Assembly (NCBI GenBank): GCA_965214405.1
Contig: OZ243956.1
Coordinates: 768,001 to 832,000 of the forward strand
Length of the DNA: 64,000 nt
Origin: Trueperaceae bacterium
GTDB lineage: Bacteria; Deinococcota; Deinococci; Deinococcales; Trueperaceae
Direction: 5' to 3'
A program made the position numbers and the translations under genes. Shown piece after piece: positions 30,232 through 40,067 of this stretch. Numbering within the stretch: the first letter of the stretch is position 1; the number at the start of each line of letters is the position of its first letter. The notes beneath the pieces were generated by a model. The model made no database searches and was not told the origin of the DNA. It saw only the letters and a program-made list of their open reading frames with translations.

Positions 30232-31334
30232 CTACTGGTCAATCAGCTCAAACGCGCCGTCGTTGACTCTGAACAAGAAAAACCTGCTGTTTTCGGCCTG
30301 GTTGTTCTCGTCAAATGACACGGGCACGCCCAAGGGCGTCTCGAGGTTCATCGTTCCTAACGCGTTCACCACGCACTCACGTGTTACGGTTTCGGCGCAG
30401 TTCTCGATGGCCTCGAGCGCCACAAAAGTCGCTAACGCCGACGCGCCGCCAAAGGCCCCGAAGTTCTCCGAAAACTCGGCCTGATACGCCTCGTTAAAGG
30501 GCTGCATCGCCTCGACCTGGTTGGGGTCCGGCGCAAAAAAGGTGACGTACGCGCCCTCGGCGGCCTCCCCGGCGATGTCCACCCACTCGAGGCTAAAGCC
30601 GCCGTCGGGCATAAACAGGGTGTTGTCAAAACCTTGCTGCGCAAGCGCGACGGCCATCCCGGCACCTTGGCTCGAGATTTGGTTGGGAAGAACACGACAT
30701 CGGCACCCGAAGCAATCGCCGCCGTGGCGACCGAAGAAAAGTCGGTCGCGTCTTGAGAAATGGACGCCCGCTCGATGGTGGTAATTTCCGCGTCGCGGAG
30801 CAGGTCTTCAATCTCGTCGTTAAGACCCACGGCGTAGCTCGACTGGTCATCTAACAAAAAGGCCGATTCGACATTTAAGTCGTTGAGCCAAAAATCGACA
30901 ATCGTCTGGCTCTGGTCGGCGTCGTTCGGGATGGGCCTAAAAAAAGTCGACGCGCCCCCTTCCGTGAGGTCGGTGCGGGTACACGACTGGGTAATGCTCG
31001 CCAAGCCCGCCTCCTCAAAAATCGGCTGCGTCGCCTCGCACACCTGGCTGCCCATCGGCCCGACCACCGCGTAAACATTAGGGTCGGCGGCGAGCCTTTC
31101 GGCCACGACGCGCCCGACGTCCGGGTTAACTTCGGTGTCGCCCTCGACGAGTTCGACGTTCATCCCGGTGCGCTCGTTAAAGGCGTCAATAACAACTTTT
31201 GTAAAACCCAGAGCTTCCTGACCGATAGAGGCGGCCCCGCCCGTGAGGGGTCCCATAAAGGCGATTTTGATGTTTTGGGCGGCGGCGGTGCCCAAAAAGA
31301 GCAGTGCGGCGAGGGCGAAAGGTAAAAATCTCAT
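30232..31334 (-). pseudogene. Liv-type ABC substrate-binding protein split by a 1-nt frameshift near 30686
   Basis: ORFs 30432-31334 and 30232-30657 join as ...VVFFP-NQISSQGAGMAVAL... if one base is restored in TTC TTC CC AAC. Confidence 0.8.
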
Positions 31335-31777
31335 GATGTTGCCTCCTTTGATTGACTTTCAGCGTCACTGGGCCGATGTTCCGACGGATAATCCACGATC
31401 TTGTCCCACTCGTCAGCCGCCGAGCGCGCCACGACGGCCACGAGCGGCCCGTCGCCGATGTTGAAGACCTCGTGGGGCACGCCCGCCTCGTTCTCGACCG
31501 AGTGTTTGAGGTCGGGGCCGAAGTCGTGACGCACCCTGCCCTGCAGGATGAAGAGCATCACCTCGAAACCCTCGTGGATGTGCGCGTAAGCGACCGCGCC
31601 CGGCGGCACCGTGGCGACGTTCATCGAGAGCCCCTGCGAGCCTACGTTCTTGCCCGACAGGCCGGTTTTGTAGCGGATGCCGTTCCAGGCGCGGTCGTCG
31701 GCCCCGCCGCCGCGGACGGTCTGGACGCCGCCCAAGTCTTCGACGTACTTTTTCAGGTCTTTTTGCGTATCGGCCAC
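31331..31777 (-). CDS. Cupin domain protein
   Basis: TVPPGAVAYAHIHEGFE (motif 1); motif 2 shortened to NEAGVPHEV. Confidence 0.8.
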   Translation of the reverse strand: MADTQKDLKKYVEDLGGVQTVRGGGADDRAWNGIRYKTGLSGKNVGSQGLSMNVATVPPGAVAYAHIHEGFEVMLFILQGRVRHDFGPDLKHSVENEAGVPHEVFNIGDGPLVAVVARSAADEWDKIVDYPSEHRPSDAESQSKEATS

Positions 31778-32085
31778 GTAACCTCCTCAGATGGACGCGT
31801 TGCTTTTTCTGGTTTGCGCCGTCTCACCGTTGAGATATGCGCTCGAGCCTCCTCTCTGTAAGTGTGACTACAGTTAATATCTAGCGTACCGTAAGTTGAT
31901 GGGTAAATGTAGCCCGCTGAGGCTTGGTGAAGGCGCATCCTAAAAGGGGGCGGTTTGCAAAGCTGTAAGCGTCACACCCTTGAGCCTAGCTCCCACAGAC
32001 GGTTGATGTTTAGAATATAAAATGAACTCGTCAGCGTGTTCATAAACCGAAAGCCCGTCATCTTACCTTTTAGAAGGTGTCACTC

Positions 32086-32847
32086 ATGGCCCAATCCACC
32101 TCCGTCGCCCGCCTCTACATCCTCGACTTCGGCCTCTTCGAGGTTCACGGGGGTGATGACGGCAAGGGACGCGTCATCGGCATTCCCGGTTACCTGATTC
32201 AAACCGGGGACGGCAAGAACATTCTGGTGGATACCGGCTTTCCCAAAAAGTATGCCGACGACGCCCAAAAGGCGGCGCTCGAGGACGCCCTCGACACCTT
32301 TGGGCGCGTTCTGACGCTCACGCACGACAACCTCTCCGCCGCGCAACTAGCGCGCGCGGGTCTCGCCACCCAAGACGTGACCCACCTCGTTCTGACGCAC
32401 TCCGACATTGACCACGTGGGCGGACTTCACGACTTTCCCAACGCTCAGCACATCATGCACGCCGACGAGCGCGCTTTTGACAGACCCCGGTATTTCGGCG
32501 ACGCGAGGCCGCTCGAGTGGCCCGAACACCCCGACACGCGGCTCATAGAAAAAGACACCGAACTCGCGCCCGGCCTCACCCTGCTTTCCACCCCCGGTCA
32601 CGCGCCGGGGCACCTGTCGCTGCTCGTCCGGCTGCCCGAGACGGGCGCGGTGCTGCTCACTGCCGACGCCATCTCGAGGCCCGATGAACTCGAGACGGGC
32701 TTCCGCGGCGCGTGGAACGAAGGGAAAGCTAGAGAAAGTGCTTATAGGTTGATGGCGTTAGCCGAGGCGGAGGGCGCTTGGGTGGTTTATGGGCACGACC
32801 CGGAGGCGTGGGAGGGGCTGAAAAAGACTCCCGAATACTACAGTTAA
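32086..32847 (+). CDS. N-acyl homoserine lactonase family metallo-beta-lactamase-fold hydrolase
   Basis: ILVDTG, THSDIDHVGG, TPGHAPGH, LTADA, GHD. Confidence 0.82.
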   Translation: MAQSTSVARLYILDFGLFEVHGGDDGKGRVIGIPGYLIQTGDGKNILVDTGFPKKYADDAQKAALEDALDTFGRVLTLTHDNLSAAQLARAGLATQDVTHLVLTHSDIDHVGGLHDFPNAQHIMHADERAFDRPRYFGDARPLEWPEHPDTRLIEKDTELAPGLTLLSTPGHAPGHLSLLVRLPETGAVLLTADAISRPDELETGFRGAWNEGKARESAYRLMALAEAEGAWVVYGHDPEAWEGLKKTPEYYS

Positions 32848-33056
32848 AGGGGCATTGTCTAGAGCTTACGCATATAACAAGTTTGGAACCGACGTAGCGT
32901 GAGGCGTGATATTTGCGACATTCCTGCCGAACTCGAGCAAGACTTAAGCTTACATAGCGCAAGCCTTAAAACGACCCCCGATAAAGGAAATCGTGGGTGA
33001 GGACGGGAAAAGCCGGTCGAGGTCGAACCTGTCTGAGCCAAACATCTAAAGCGCGC

Positions 33057-34085
33057 TTACGCCCCGTTCTCGCTCAGCTCCTGCTCGAGTTCTTCCATCG
33101 TGGGCAGCTTGCCCTTAAATTCGCTGGGCAAGGTTTCGGTAAGCTGATATTCAGACACACCCATCGGCTTGGCCAGACCCTTCAGACTGTACGCGGCAAC
33201 GATTTCATTTTTGTCTTTGCAGAGGATGAGGCCGATGCTGGGCTGGTCGTCGGGATGTTTAAGAACGTCGTCAATCACGTTAAGGTAGAAGTTCATCTTG
33301 CCCGCGTACTCGGGCTTGAACTTGCCGTTCTTGAGGTCGATGACGACGTAGCAGCGCAGTTGAGTGTGGTAAAAAAGCAAGTCGAGATAAAAGTCTTCCC
33401 CGCCGATGTCCAAGGGGTACTGACTGCCCAAAAAGGCGAAGCCTTTACCCAGTTCCAACAGAAAGTCGCGGATGTGCTCGAGCGAAGCTTTCTCAACCTC
33501 ACGCTCGAGCGCGTCCTCGGCAATCCCCAAAAACTCGAAGTTGTAAGGGTCTTTCAGGGTTTGCCGGGCGAGGTCGGACTGGAGAGCGGGCAGGGTTTGG
33601 TCAAAGTTGCTGATGGCTTTGCCTTGCCGGTGGTAGAGGTCGGTTCCAATTTGCATTTCCAGGATGTTGCGACTCCAGCCATTTTCGATGGTCTTTTGGA
33701 TGTACCAGAGGCGCTGGTCGTGGTCTTTGACTTTGTCGAGCAGGCGGATGTTATGGCCCCAAGGAATTTGTGCAACAACTTGTTGCACAATTGACGGCTC
33801 GGGGTAAGCCTCGGCAAAAGCGCGCATATATTTGAGGTTGCGTGGCGAGAGACCTTTCATGTCGGGGAAGGCTTTTCTGAGGTCTCTCGCAAGCTGGTCG
33901 ACGACTTTCGTACCCCAGCCCAGCTCAGCTTGTTTCTCAAGAATGCTCTTCCCTATCTGCCAGTAGAGTTTGATAAGTTCGGCGTTGACAGCCAGGGCCG
34001 CTTTGAGTTGAGCACGTTTGACGCGCTCTTTGAGGTCGGTGAGCCAAGTTTGGTAGCTGTGGTCGTTCGTGTCGGGAAGGGTCAT
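33057..34085 (-). CDS. YhcG/DUF1016 PD-(D/E)xK nuclease family protein
   Basis: AVNAELIKLYWQIG, LKDPYNFEFL, FLLELGKGFAF, DLLFYH, FKPEYAGKMNFY; start ATG 34085. Confidence 0.93.
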   Translation of the reverse strand: MTLPDTNDHSYQTWLTDLKERVKRAQLKAALAVNAELIKLYWQIGKSILEKQAELGWGTKVVDQLARDLRKAFPDMKGLSPRNLKYMRAFAEAYPEPSIVQQVVAQIPWGHNIRLLDKVKDHDQRLWYIQKTIENGWSRNILEMQIGTDLYHRQGKAISNFDQTLPALQSDLARQTLKDPYNFEFLGIAEDALEREVEKASLEHIRDFLLELGKGFAFLGSQYPLDIGGEDFYLDLLFYHTQLRCYVVIDLKNGKFKPEYAGKMNFYLNVIDDVLKHPDDQPSIGLILCKDKNEIVAAYSLKGLAKPMGVSEYQLTETLPSEFKGKLPTMEELEQELSENGA

Positions 34086-34248
34086 GGAGGGCTCGAGTGT
34101 ACCGTATTCAAAAAATTCTGTTAAAAAAGATGAGGGCGACGCTCGAGCAGCATACCTCGCCGCTATACCTCGCCGCTCCCTGCTGTCTACACACCCGCTT
34201 TTGTGGGACGGGCGCGCGGCTCCCTCAGACTCTGCACCAGACTTTGCG

Positions 34249-34851
34249 TCAGACTTTGGGGTGATTTTCGAGCGCCCGCTCCGCCTGCCACAGATGCCGC
34301 CGCTCGTGCGCCAGGAGCACCAGCAGCCACTCGTACAGGGTGTAGCGCAGCCACCGCGCAAAGGGCGAGCGCACTTTCACACCTGTGATATCCAGACCAT
34401 TCATCCGCTCGAGCTGCCCCAGAAACGCGTCTTGCAAGGTTAAAAATTCGCTCTTGATGACGCTCGGCTCGAGCAGGGCGGGTGGCAAGAACGCCGCGCC
34501 CGTTTTTGTTTTGAACCTTGCGGGGGGTTCGGTGGCCCGGATAAAAAGCCGCACGAGGAGGCGAGGTCGAAAGGGGCCGCCGCTTTTTGAGCGCTCGGTC
34601 TCGAGTTTTTCTATCGCCTCATCGACCAGCACAACGCTCTCGCGCCCGGTGATGTTGAGATGATCCAGGCATTCGGCGGCGGACCAGGTGCCTGGATTGG
34701 GGCGAACCAGCAGCCTTTCGTCACCCACGCCCGCGGTGAGACGCGTGAGGGACGCTTTAAGGGCCAAAATCTGCTCTTTAAGCGCCTGAAGTTCCGGGAC
34801 AGAGTTTTGCACGGGTTTGTCCTCCTCTAAATGGAGTGTAGGGGAAGCCAC
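34249..34851 (-). CDS. DinB family protein
   Basis: WSAAECLDHL and AHERRHLWQ metal-binding histidines. Confidence 0.85.
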   Translation of the reverse strand: MASPTLHLEEDKPVQNSVPELQALKEQILALKASLTRLTAGVGDERLLVRPNPGTWSAAECLDHLNITGRESVVLVDEAIEKLETERSKSGGPFRPRLLVRLFIRATEPPARFKTKTGAAFLPPALLEPSVIKSEFLTLQDAFLGQLERMNGLDITGVKVRSPFARWLRYTLYEWLLVLLAHERRHLWQAERALENHPKV

Positions 34852-34871
34852 CCAGACATTATGTCCCGTAG

Positions 34872-34912
34872 AAAATAAAAACGCGCCTCGGTTTACAAAA
34901 CCAAAAGCGCGT
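34872..34912 (-). terminator. Probable terminator of msrB
   Basis: Imperfect ACGCGC...GCGCGT stem followed on the minus strand by a T-rich run. Confidence 0.45.
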
Positions 34913-34932
34913 CTTATCTGCTCTGAACTTGT

Positions 34933-35364
34933 TTAGCTGTCGGTTTCGGGAACGAACTCGAGCGCCACCCCGTTGTTACAGTAGCGTTTGCCCGTGGGCT
35001 CCGGCCCGTCGTTAAACACGTGACCCTGGTGCGAGCCGCAGCGCGCGCAGTGGTATTCGGTGCGGGGCAAAATGAGCTTGAAGTCTCGTTTGGTTTCTAA
35101 GTGACCGTCGATAAAGTTATAAAAACTCGGCCAGCCCGTGCCACTGTTAAATTTCATGTCGCTCTCGAAAAGCGGCAGCCCGCAGGCAGCGCAAACGAAC
35201 GTACCGGAGCGCTTCTCTTTGTCTAACGGACTCGTACCCGCGCGTTCGGTACCCTCCTGACGCATCACGTGAAACTGCTCGGGCGTCAGTTCTTCGCGCC
35301 ACTCGGCGTTGGTTTTTTGGGTTTTTCCAACCTTGGCTGCTGTGTTGTCGACCGTATTTGCCAT
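34933..35364 (-). CDS. msrB: Peptide-methionine (R)-S-oxide reductase
   Basis: GTERA, CAAC, SGTGWPSF, CGSHQGHVFNDGP, RYCNNG. Confidence 0.96.
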   Translation of the reverse strand: MANTVDNTAAKVGKTQKTNAEWREELTPEQFHVMRQEGTERAGTSPLDKEKRSGTFVCAACGLPLFESDMKFNSGTGWPSFYNFIDGHLETKRDFKLILPRTEYHCARCGSHQGHVFNDGPEPTGKRYCNNGVALEFVPETDS

Positions 35365-35890
35365 GACACATTCTACCGCAGAGTTTTTGAGGAACCCGTA
35401 AGAGGGCTTGCACGTTCGGCGGGAGGAGGCAAGTGAAAAAGAAAAATGCGCTCTCTCGAGCGCCTATAAAGAATAGTTTACCCCCGTATACGCTATTCGT
35501 CAAGCCTTTGCACCCGTACCCGGACAAAAGTCTGCATGAAGCGCTTTCGGTACTCCTGAAAGTCGTGTTCCGCGCGAAAAGCTGCCTCACTTCAAGCTTG
35601 TTGCGACGTTCACCGCGCTAGATAGGGTTGAACGGGTTTCGTCCGGGTTTCAGCTTGCACCCATACTCGAGCAAAAGTCTGTATATCCCGGCAACCAAAC
35701 CCCAAAACCCAGGTTAGATGCAGTCGAATGTGCTACTCGAGAGGCCCCCGGCAATCTTTTGCTCAGCACAGACTAAACCGGGTTTTATCCAAGCTTCAGC
35801 TTGCCTCAACATCCCGGCGAAAGCCTGAACAGCTCTTCCCGAATCCAAAAAGAGCGAGGTCGAGGTGAAGAAGCCTTCTCTAAGGGCGTT

Positions 35891-35934
35891 CCTCGTTGGG
35901 GCGGTCCTCGTTGGGGCGGTCTCGCGGTCGCCCC
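35891..35934. repeat. 15-bp tandem duplication followed by a GC-rich REP-like palindrome
   Basis: CCTCGTTGGGGCGGT x2, then GGGGCGG...TCGCCCC. Confidence 0.7.
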
Positions 35935-35959
35935 AGACGCTTGTGATTTGTGTATGCGT

Positions 35960-37138
35960 TTACGCCGCGACCTCGAGCCCCAGCGCCAGCGCCTCACCGC
36001 CGCCGATGCAAATCGCCGCGACGCCGCGCCCCCCGCCGCGCTGTTTAAGCGCGTGTAGCAGCGTCGTGACGATGCGCGCGCCCGACGCGCCGATGGGGTG
36101 ACCCAGGGCCACCGCGCCGCCATTGATGTTGACTTTGCTCCCGCCGAGTCCAAACTCTTCCATTGCCGCCATCGGCACCACCGCAAAGGCTTCGTTGATC
36201 TCAAACAGATCAACCTCGTCCGGCGACCAGCCAAGTTTGTCGAAAAGTTTCCGCATCGCGCCGACCGGGGCGGTCGTGAACCAGGCGGGGTCGTGCGCGT
36301 TAACGCTGTTGCCCCGGATGGTTGCCAGTACGCTCAAACCGCGCGCCTTCGCCGTCTCCTCCGAACAAACGACCAGCGCCGCAGCGCCGTCGTTGATGGT
36401 CGAGGCGTTGGCGGCGGTGACGGTGCCGTCTTTTTGAAAGACCGGGCGCAAACTCGGCATCTTGTCGAACTTGACCCGCCCCGGCTCTTCATCTTCGGCG
36501 ACCACGGTGACGTCGCCCTTGCGCCCCGCCACCTCGACGGAGACGATTTCGGCGTCGAAGCGGCCCTCTTTAGTGGCGGCCTGGGCGCGTTGATAAGAGC
36601 ACTTGGCAAACTCATCCTGCGCCTCACGTGAAAAATCATATTTGTCCGCGCACATCTCGGCGCACGAGCCCATGTGTTTGTCGTTGTAGGCGTCCCAAAG
36701 GCCATCGTGGACCATCGAGTCAATCATCTTGGCGTCGCCCATGCGCAAGCCGCCGCGCGCGCCCGGTAGCAAGTAGGGCGCGTTGGTCATCGACTCCATC
36801 CCGCCCGCCACCACGATGTCCGCGTCGCCCAGAGCCACGGCGCGCGCGGCCTGGATGAGGGCCTCGAGCCCGCTCCCGCACATCTTGTTAAGCGTCACCG
36901 CGGGCGTGGTGTCGGGCAATCCTGCATAAATGGCCGCCTGCCGCGCGGGGGCCTGGCCGATGCCCGCCGAGAGCACGTTGCCCATAAGCACTAAATCAAC
37001 ATCCTCGGGTTTGAGATTCGCGCGGCGCACCGCCTCCTTGATGGCCGCCGCCCCCAGCGTGGGCGCGGTAAGAGAAGCGAACGCGCCCTGGAAAGACGCA
37101 ACGGGCGTTCGTACGGCTGATGCAATCACTGTGTTCAT
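35960..37138 (-). CDS. Acetyl-CoA C-acyltransferase (thiolase)
   Basis: NKMCGSG, NEAFA, GHPIGASG, CIGGG. Confidence 0.96.
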   Translation of the reverse strand: MNTVIASAVRTPVASFQGAFASLTAPTLGAAAIKEAVRRANLKPEDVDLVLMGNVLSAGIGQAPARQAAIYAGLPDTTPAVTLNKMCGSGLEALIQAARAVALGDADIVVAGGMESMTNAPYLLPGARGGLRMGDAKMIDSMVHDGLWDAYNDKHMGSCAEMCADKYDFSREAQDEFAKCSYQRAQAATKEGRFDAEIVSVEVAGRKGDVTVVAEDEEPGRVKFDKMPSLRPVFQKDGTVTAANASTINDGAAALVVCSEETAKARGLSVLATIRGNSVNAHDPAWFTTAPVGAMRKLFDKLGWSPDEVDLFEINEAFAVVPMAAMEEFGLGGSKVNINGGAVALGHPIGASGARIVTTLLHALKQRGGGRGVAAICIGGGEALALGLEVAA

Positions 37139-37198
37139 AGGGTTCCTCCGTTACCCAGTAATTATAGCGGGCAGGAGGTGTGCGCCCCACCTGTGTCC

Positions 37199-38749
37199 CT
37201 ACACGCCGTTCTCCGCAACCGACGCCATAAGTTCGCGCTTGCGCTTCCACAGGGCGGGAGTAAGCGAGACGTGGTAGATGTGCGGGTTGACCAGGCGCTT
37301 GACGCCCGAGTCGAGCCGCGCCACGTCGCGTTCGCGGAGGGCGCGCATGTCGTCAATCGTGGGGAGGTCGTAGACAAGGTCGCCTTCGCGGAGCACGTCG
37401 ATAAGAAGCGGCTCGACTTCGGTCACGTCTTGGGGGCGCAGGGCGCGCGCCTTGCTCGAGTCCGTCGGATGGCGCAAAACGAGCTCAGTTTCGGCTTGAA
37501 GCGTTTCCATACCCAAACTCACGACGTCGGCGGTTGCGTGGTCGCGGCGGTCGTAGACGCGCCACACATGCTTGTCGCCGGGGTTGGGGACTTTTTCGGG
37601 CGAGTCCGAGAGTTTGATGGCGGGCCGCCAGGTGCCCTCATCACAGACCGAGACGAGTTTGTACACGCCGCCCAGCGCGGGGTCGCCCTCGGAGGTGATG
37701 AGCCGCGTGCCGACGCCGTAAACGAGCCTGCTCGTGAGCGCGTCGGGGTCGACGCCGTAACTGGGGGCCTCGAGGCCAATCTGGGTGATGATTTGCCAAA
37801 TCACAAGCTCGTCGAGTTCGCCCGATAGGACGATGGAGGTTTCGTCAAAGCCCGCATCATTAAGCATCTTGGCCGCCTGAATTGCTAGGTAAGCCAAGTC
37901 GCCCGAGTCTAAACGGATACCGACGGGCTCGTGGCCCTTGCGCCGCAGTTCTTCAAACACGGTGATCGCGTGGGGCACGCCGCTGCCTAAGGTGTTCACC
38001 GTATCGACCAAGAGCAAGCACGCGTCCGGATAAGTCTCGGCGTAAGCGCGAAAAGCTTCCAACTCGCCCATCCCCAGCGCGATAAAAAGCTGCACCATGC
38101 TGTGCGCGTGCGTGCCCTTGGGCGGGTAGCCCAGCACGTGCGAGATGCCGACGTTCGAGGTAAAGTCCGCGCCGCCGATGAGCGCCGCGCGCGCGCCCGC
38201 GTTCGCGCCGCGGTCCTGGCCGCGCCGCACGCCGAACTCGAGCACCGCCCCCCCCCGCGCGCTTTCTCTAATGCGCGCCGCCTTGGTCGCAATCAAAATC
38301 TGGTAGTTAAGCTGCGCCAACAGCGAGGTTTCTAGGAGTTGCGCCATCGCCAGCGGCCCCTCGACCACCGTCAGCGGCGTGTTCGGGTGAACCACCCGCC
38401 CCTCGGGAACCGCCCGCATACTCAGCCCGCCGAAGTCACTCTTACGCAACCAGGCGAGAAAGTCGTCATCAAAAAGCCGCTTGCCGCCCTCGCCCCGCTG
38501 CGCGCGCAGCGGGGCGATTTCCTCCTCCCCAAAGCGCGCCTCTTTCATCCAGTCGAGCAGCCAGCCCAGCCCCGCGTTGACGCAGTACCCCGCCTTGTGG
38601 GTGCCGTAGTCGGGGTAGTGGCGAAAAAAATGGTCGAACTGCACCGGCTTGTCCGCAAGCCCCATGCGGTAGTAGAGCTGCGCCATCGTGAGTTGATACT
38701 GGTCGGTAAATAAGATGCCCTCAGCGAGCCGCAATTCAGAGGATGTCAT
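37199..38749 (-). CDS. pncB: Nicotinate phosphoribosyltransferase
   Basis: [34 protein letters not shown]. Confidence 0.95.
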   Translation of the reverse strand: MTSSELRLAEGILFTDQYQLTMAQLYYRMGLADKPVQFDHFFRHYPDYGTHKAGYCVNAGLGWLLDWMKEARFGEEEIAPLRAQRGEGGKRLFDDDFLAWLRKSDFGGLSMRAVPEGRVVHPNTPLTVVEGPLAMAQLLETSLLAQLNYQILIATKAARIRESARGGAVLEFGVRRGQDRGANAGARAALIGGADFTSNVGISHVLGYPPKGTHAHSMVQLFIALGMGELEAFRAYAETYPDACLLLVDTVNTLGSGVPHAITVFEELRRKGHEPVGIRLDSGDLAYLAIQAAKMLNDAGFDETSIVLSGELDELVIWQIITQIGLEAPSYGVDPDALTSRLVYGVGTRLITSEGDPALGGVYKLVSVCDEGTWRPAIKLSDSPEKVPNPGDKHVWRVYDRRDHATADVVSLGMETLQAETELVLRHPTDSSKARALRPQDVTEVEPLLIDVLREGDLVYDLPTIDDMRALRERDVARLDSGVKRLVNPHIYHVSLTPALWKRKRELMASVAENGV

Positions 38750-38871
38750 GAGTTAAGAATACGTCATCTCCACCCCAACGCCCATAGATTCGTCCATGAA
38801 GCTTTCCAAATTTGGCTCGAGGATGTTACCTGAACGCAAACTGAGGATGTACTGCACATGTACCGTAGGCG

Positions 38872-39711
38872 CTAACGGCGAAACTGAAAGCTCGAGCCCG
38901 CACTCATCCACTCCACGCTCACGGGTTCTCTCAAGTTAAAGGTGTCGGGCAAAAGCACCACACCTGATACAGGACTCTCCGGCGACGCGCTCCCCGCCTC
39001 ACCCTCCAAAACGTTGAGGCCGTCGGGATAGCGCGCTTCGAAACTTTGCTCTCCCTGACGAAAGCGCACCACCGTCTCCCAGGGGCTCTCGCTCGAGGCG
39101 CTCACGACAAAGTAGAGCGGGCGTCCGCGCTTGAGGCTGCCCACGAAAGCGTCTAACGCGCGCTGCTGGTCGGGGAAGGCGAGACCCAACAGCCCCACGT
39201 CCACGAGCAACATGCTCACGCTGTCGGCCCCCGCGCTCCCGCTTGCGTACAGCGCCAGCGCGTCCACCTGGTTGCCCAAAGACACGGTGTCGAAGCCTCT
39301 ACCGCGCGCGGCGGCCTTCTCGAGCGGGAACCTGAGACTCAAACGCCGCCCGTCAGGTAAGATGACCGCCTCCCCCTCGAGCCGCACCTCAAAAAGGGTA
39401 AAAAGCTCCTCCGGCGCGTACCAGAGCCCGTTCTGACGGATCACAGGCGCGGGCAAGTTTAGCTCATCCTCCGCCGAGCTTGAGGTTTTCCAGAGGATAT
39501 CGGGTGACTCAAACACCGTCAGCATCCCAGCTTGGGCGCGGACCGTGAGGCTGTTCGGGGCCTCGCTCACGCTGTAGCCCAGCGCGCGCGACACGTCGGT
39601 AAGGGACAAGTAGGGCTCCTCCGCCAGCCGCAGCGCGGGCACGTCTTGCGCCCCCACCCAAGCCACCAAGCTCCAAACGAGCAAGAAAAGGTAAAACGGG
39701 ACGCGGTTCAT
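38872..39711 (-). CDS. Secreted hypothetical protein (possible N-terminal stalk-like domain)
   Basis: Signal peptide; YLSLTDVSRALGY...APVIRQNGLWYAP; host-like codon usage. Confidence 0.7.
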   Translation of the reverse strand: MNRVPFYLFLLVWSLVAWVGAQDVPALRLAEEPYLSLTDVSRALGYSVSEAPNSLTVRAQAGMLTVFESPDILWKTSSSAEDELNLPAPVIRQNGLWYAPEELFTLFEVRLEGEAVILPDGRRLSLRFPLEKAAARGRGFDTVSLGNQVDALALYASGSAGADSVSMLLVDVGLLGLAFPDQQRALDAFVGSLKRGRPLYFVVSASSESPWETVVRFRQGEQSFEARYPDGLNVLEGEAGSASPESPVSGVVLLPDTFNLREPVSVEWMSAGSSFQFRR

Positions 39712-39846
39712 GAGGGTCAAGCTAGCACGCTCGAGCCCGTCCGGCGCAGGAAATTTTCTCTTATGCGAGGCTCGAGCGGCGTTTTTTCACCCCCTTATAC
39801 TTGAGCTTCAGTATCAAAATACCTTTCGCTGGAGTTTCCCACGCGC

Positions 39847-39852
39847 TATAAT
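39847..39852 (+). promoter_or_regulatory. -10 element for hflX, implying an approx. 210-nt leader
   Basis: Perfect TATAAT in the divergent intergenic region. Confidence 0.5.
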
Positions 39853-40067
39853 CTCTTTACGTTGATATTTTTATGTTCCACACCCACCGAGGTCGATGAC
39901 GCCTAAGCTGCGCTCCCTTGGAAACCGCCTGTGGCGCGGTCGGGTCTGGACTGCCCCTTTACAAACCGAAGCGCATCTTGTGAGATGCCTACAAGAGCAG
40001 GTCGCGCCGTTTTATTTATTCTGTTTTTCGTTCTATTTAGGGAACGGCGCAGGGAGGAGTTACGCGT

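Noticed and set aside
31964..31976. TGTAAGCGTCACA as a LacI-family operator
   Set aside because: Single imperfect palindrome and no cognate regulator in the window
32855..32960. Possible remnant of a DUF86/HepT toxin C-terminus (AYAYNKF...DIPAELEQ)
   Set aside because: Short, needs a stop and a frameshift to align; similarity too weak to support without a search
33057..34361. 434-aa long form of YhcG from the ORF track
   Set aside because: The extension overlaps the DinB gene and tandem repeats; family similarity starts at ATG 34085
35500..35835. Degenerate repeats read as a CRISPR array or as tmRNA/RNase P/SRP/6S RNA
   Set aside because: Spacing (~147 bp) is too long and the repeats too divergent for CRISPR; no hallmark motifs of those RNAs were recognised
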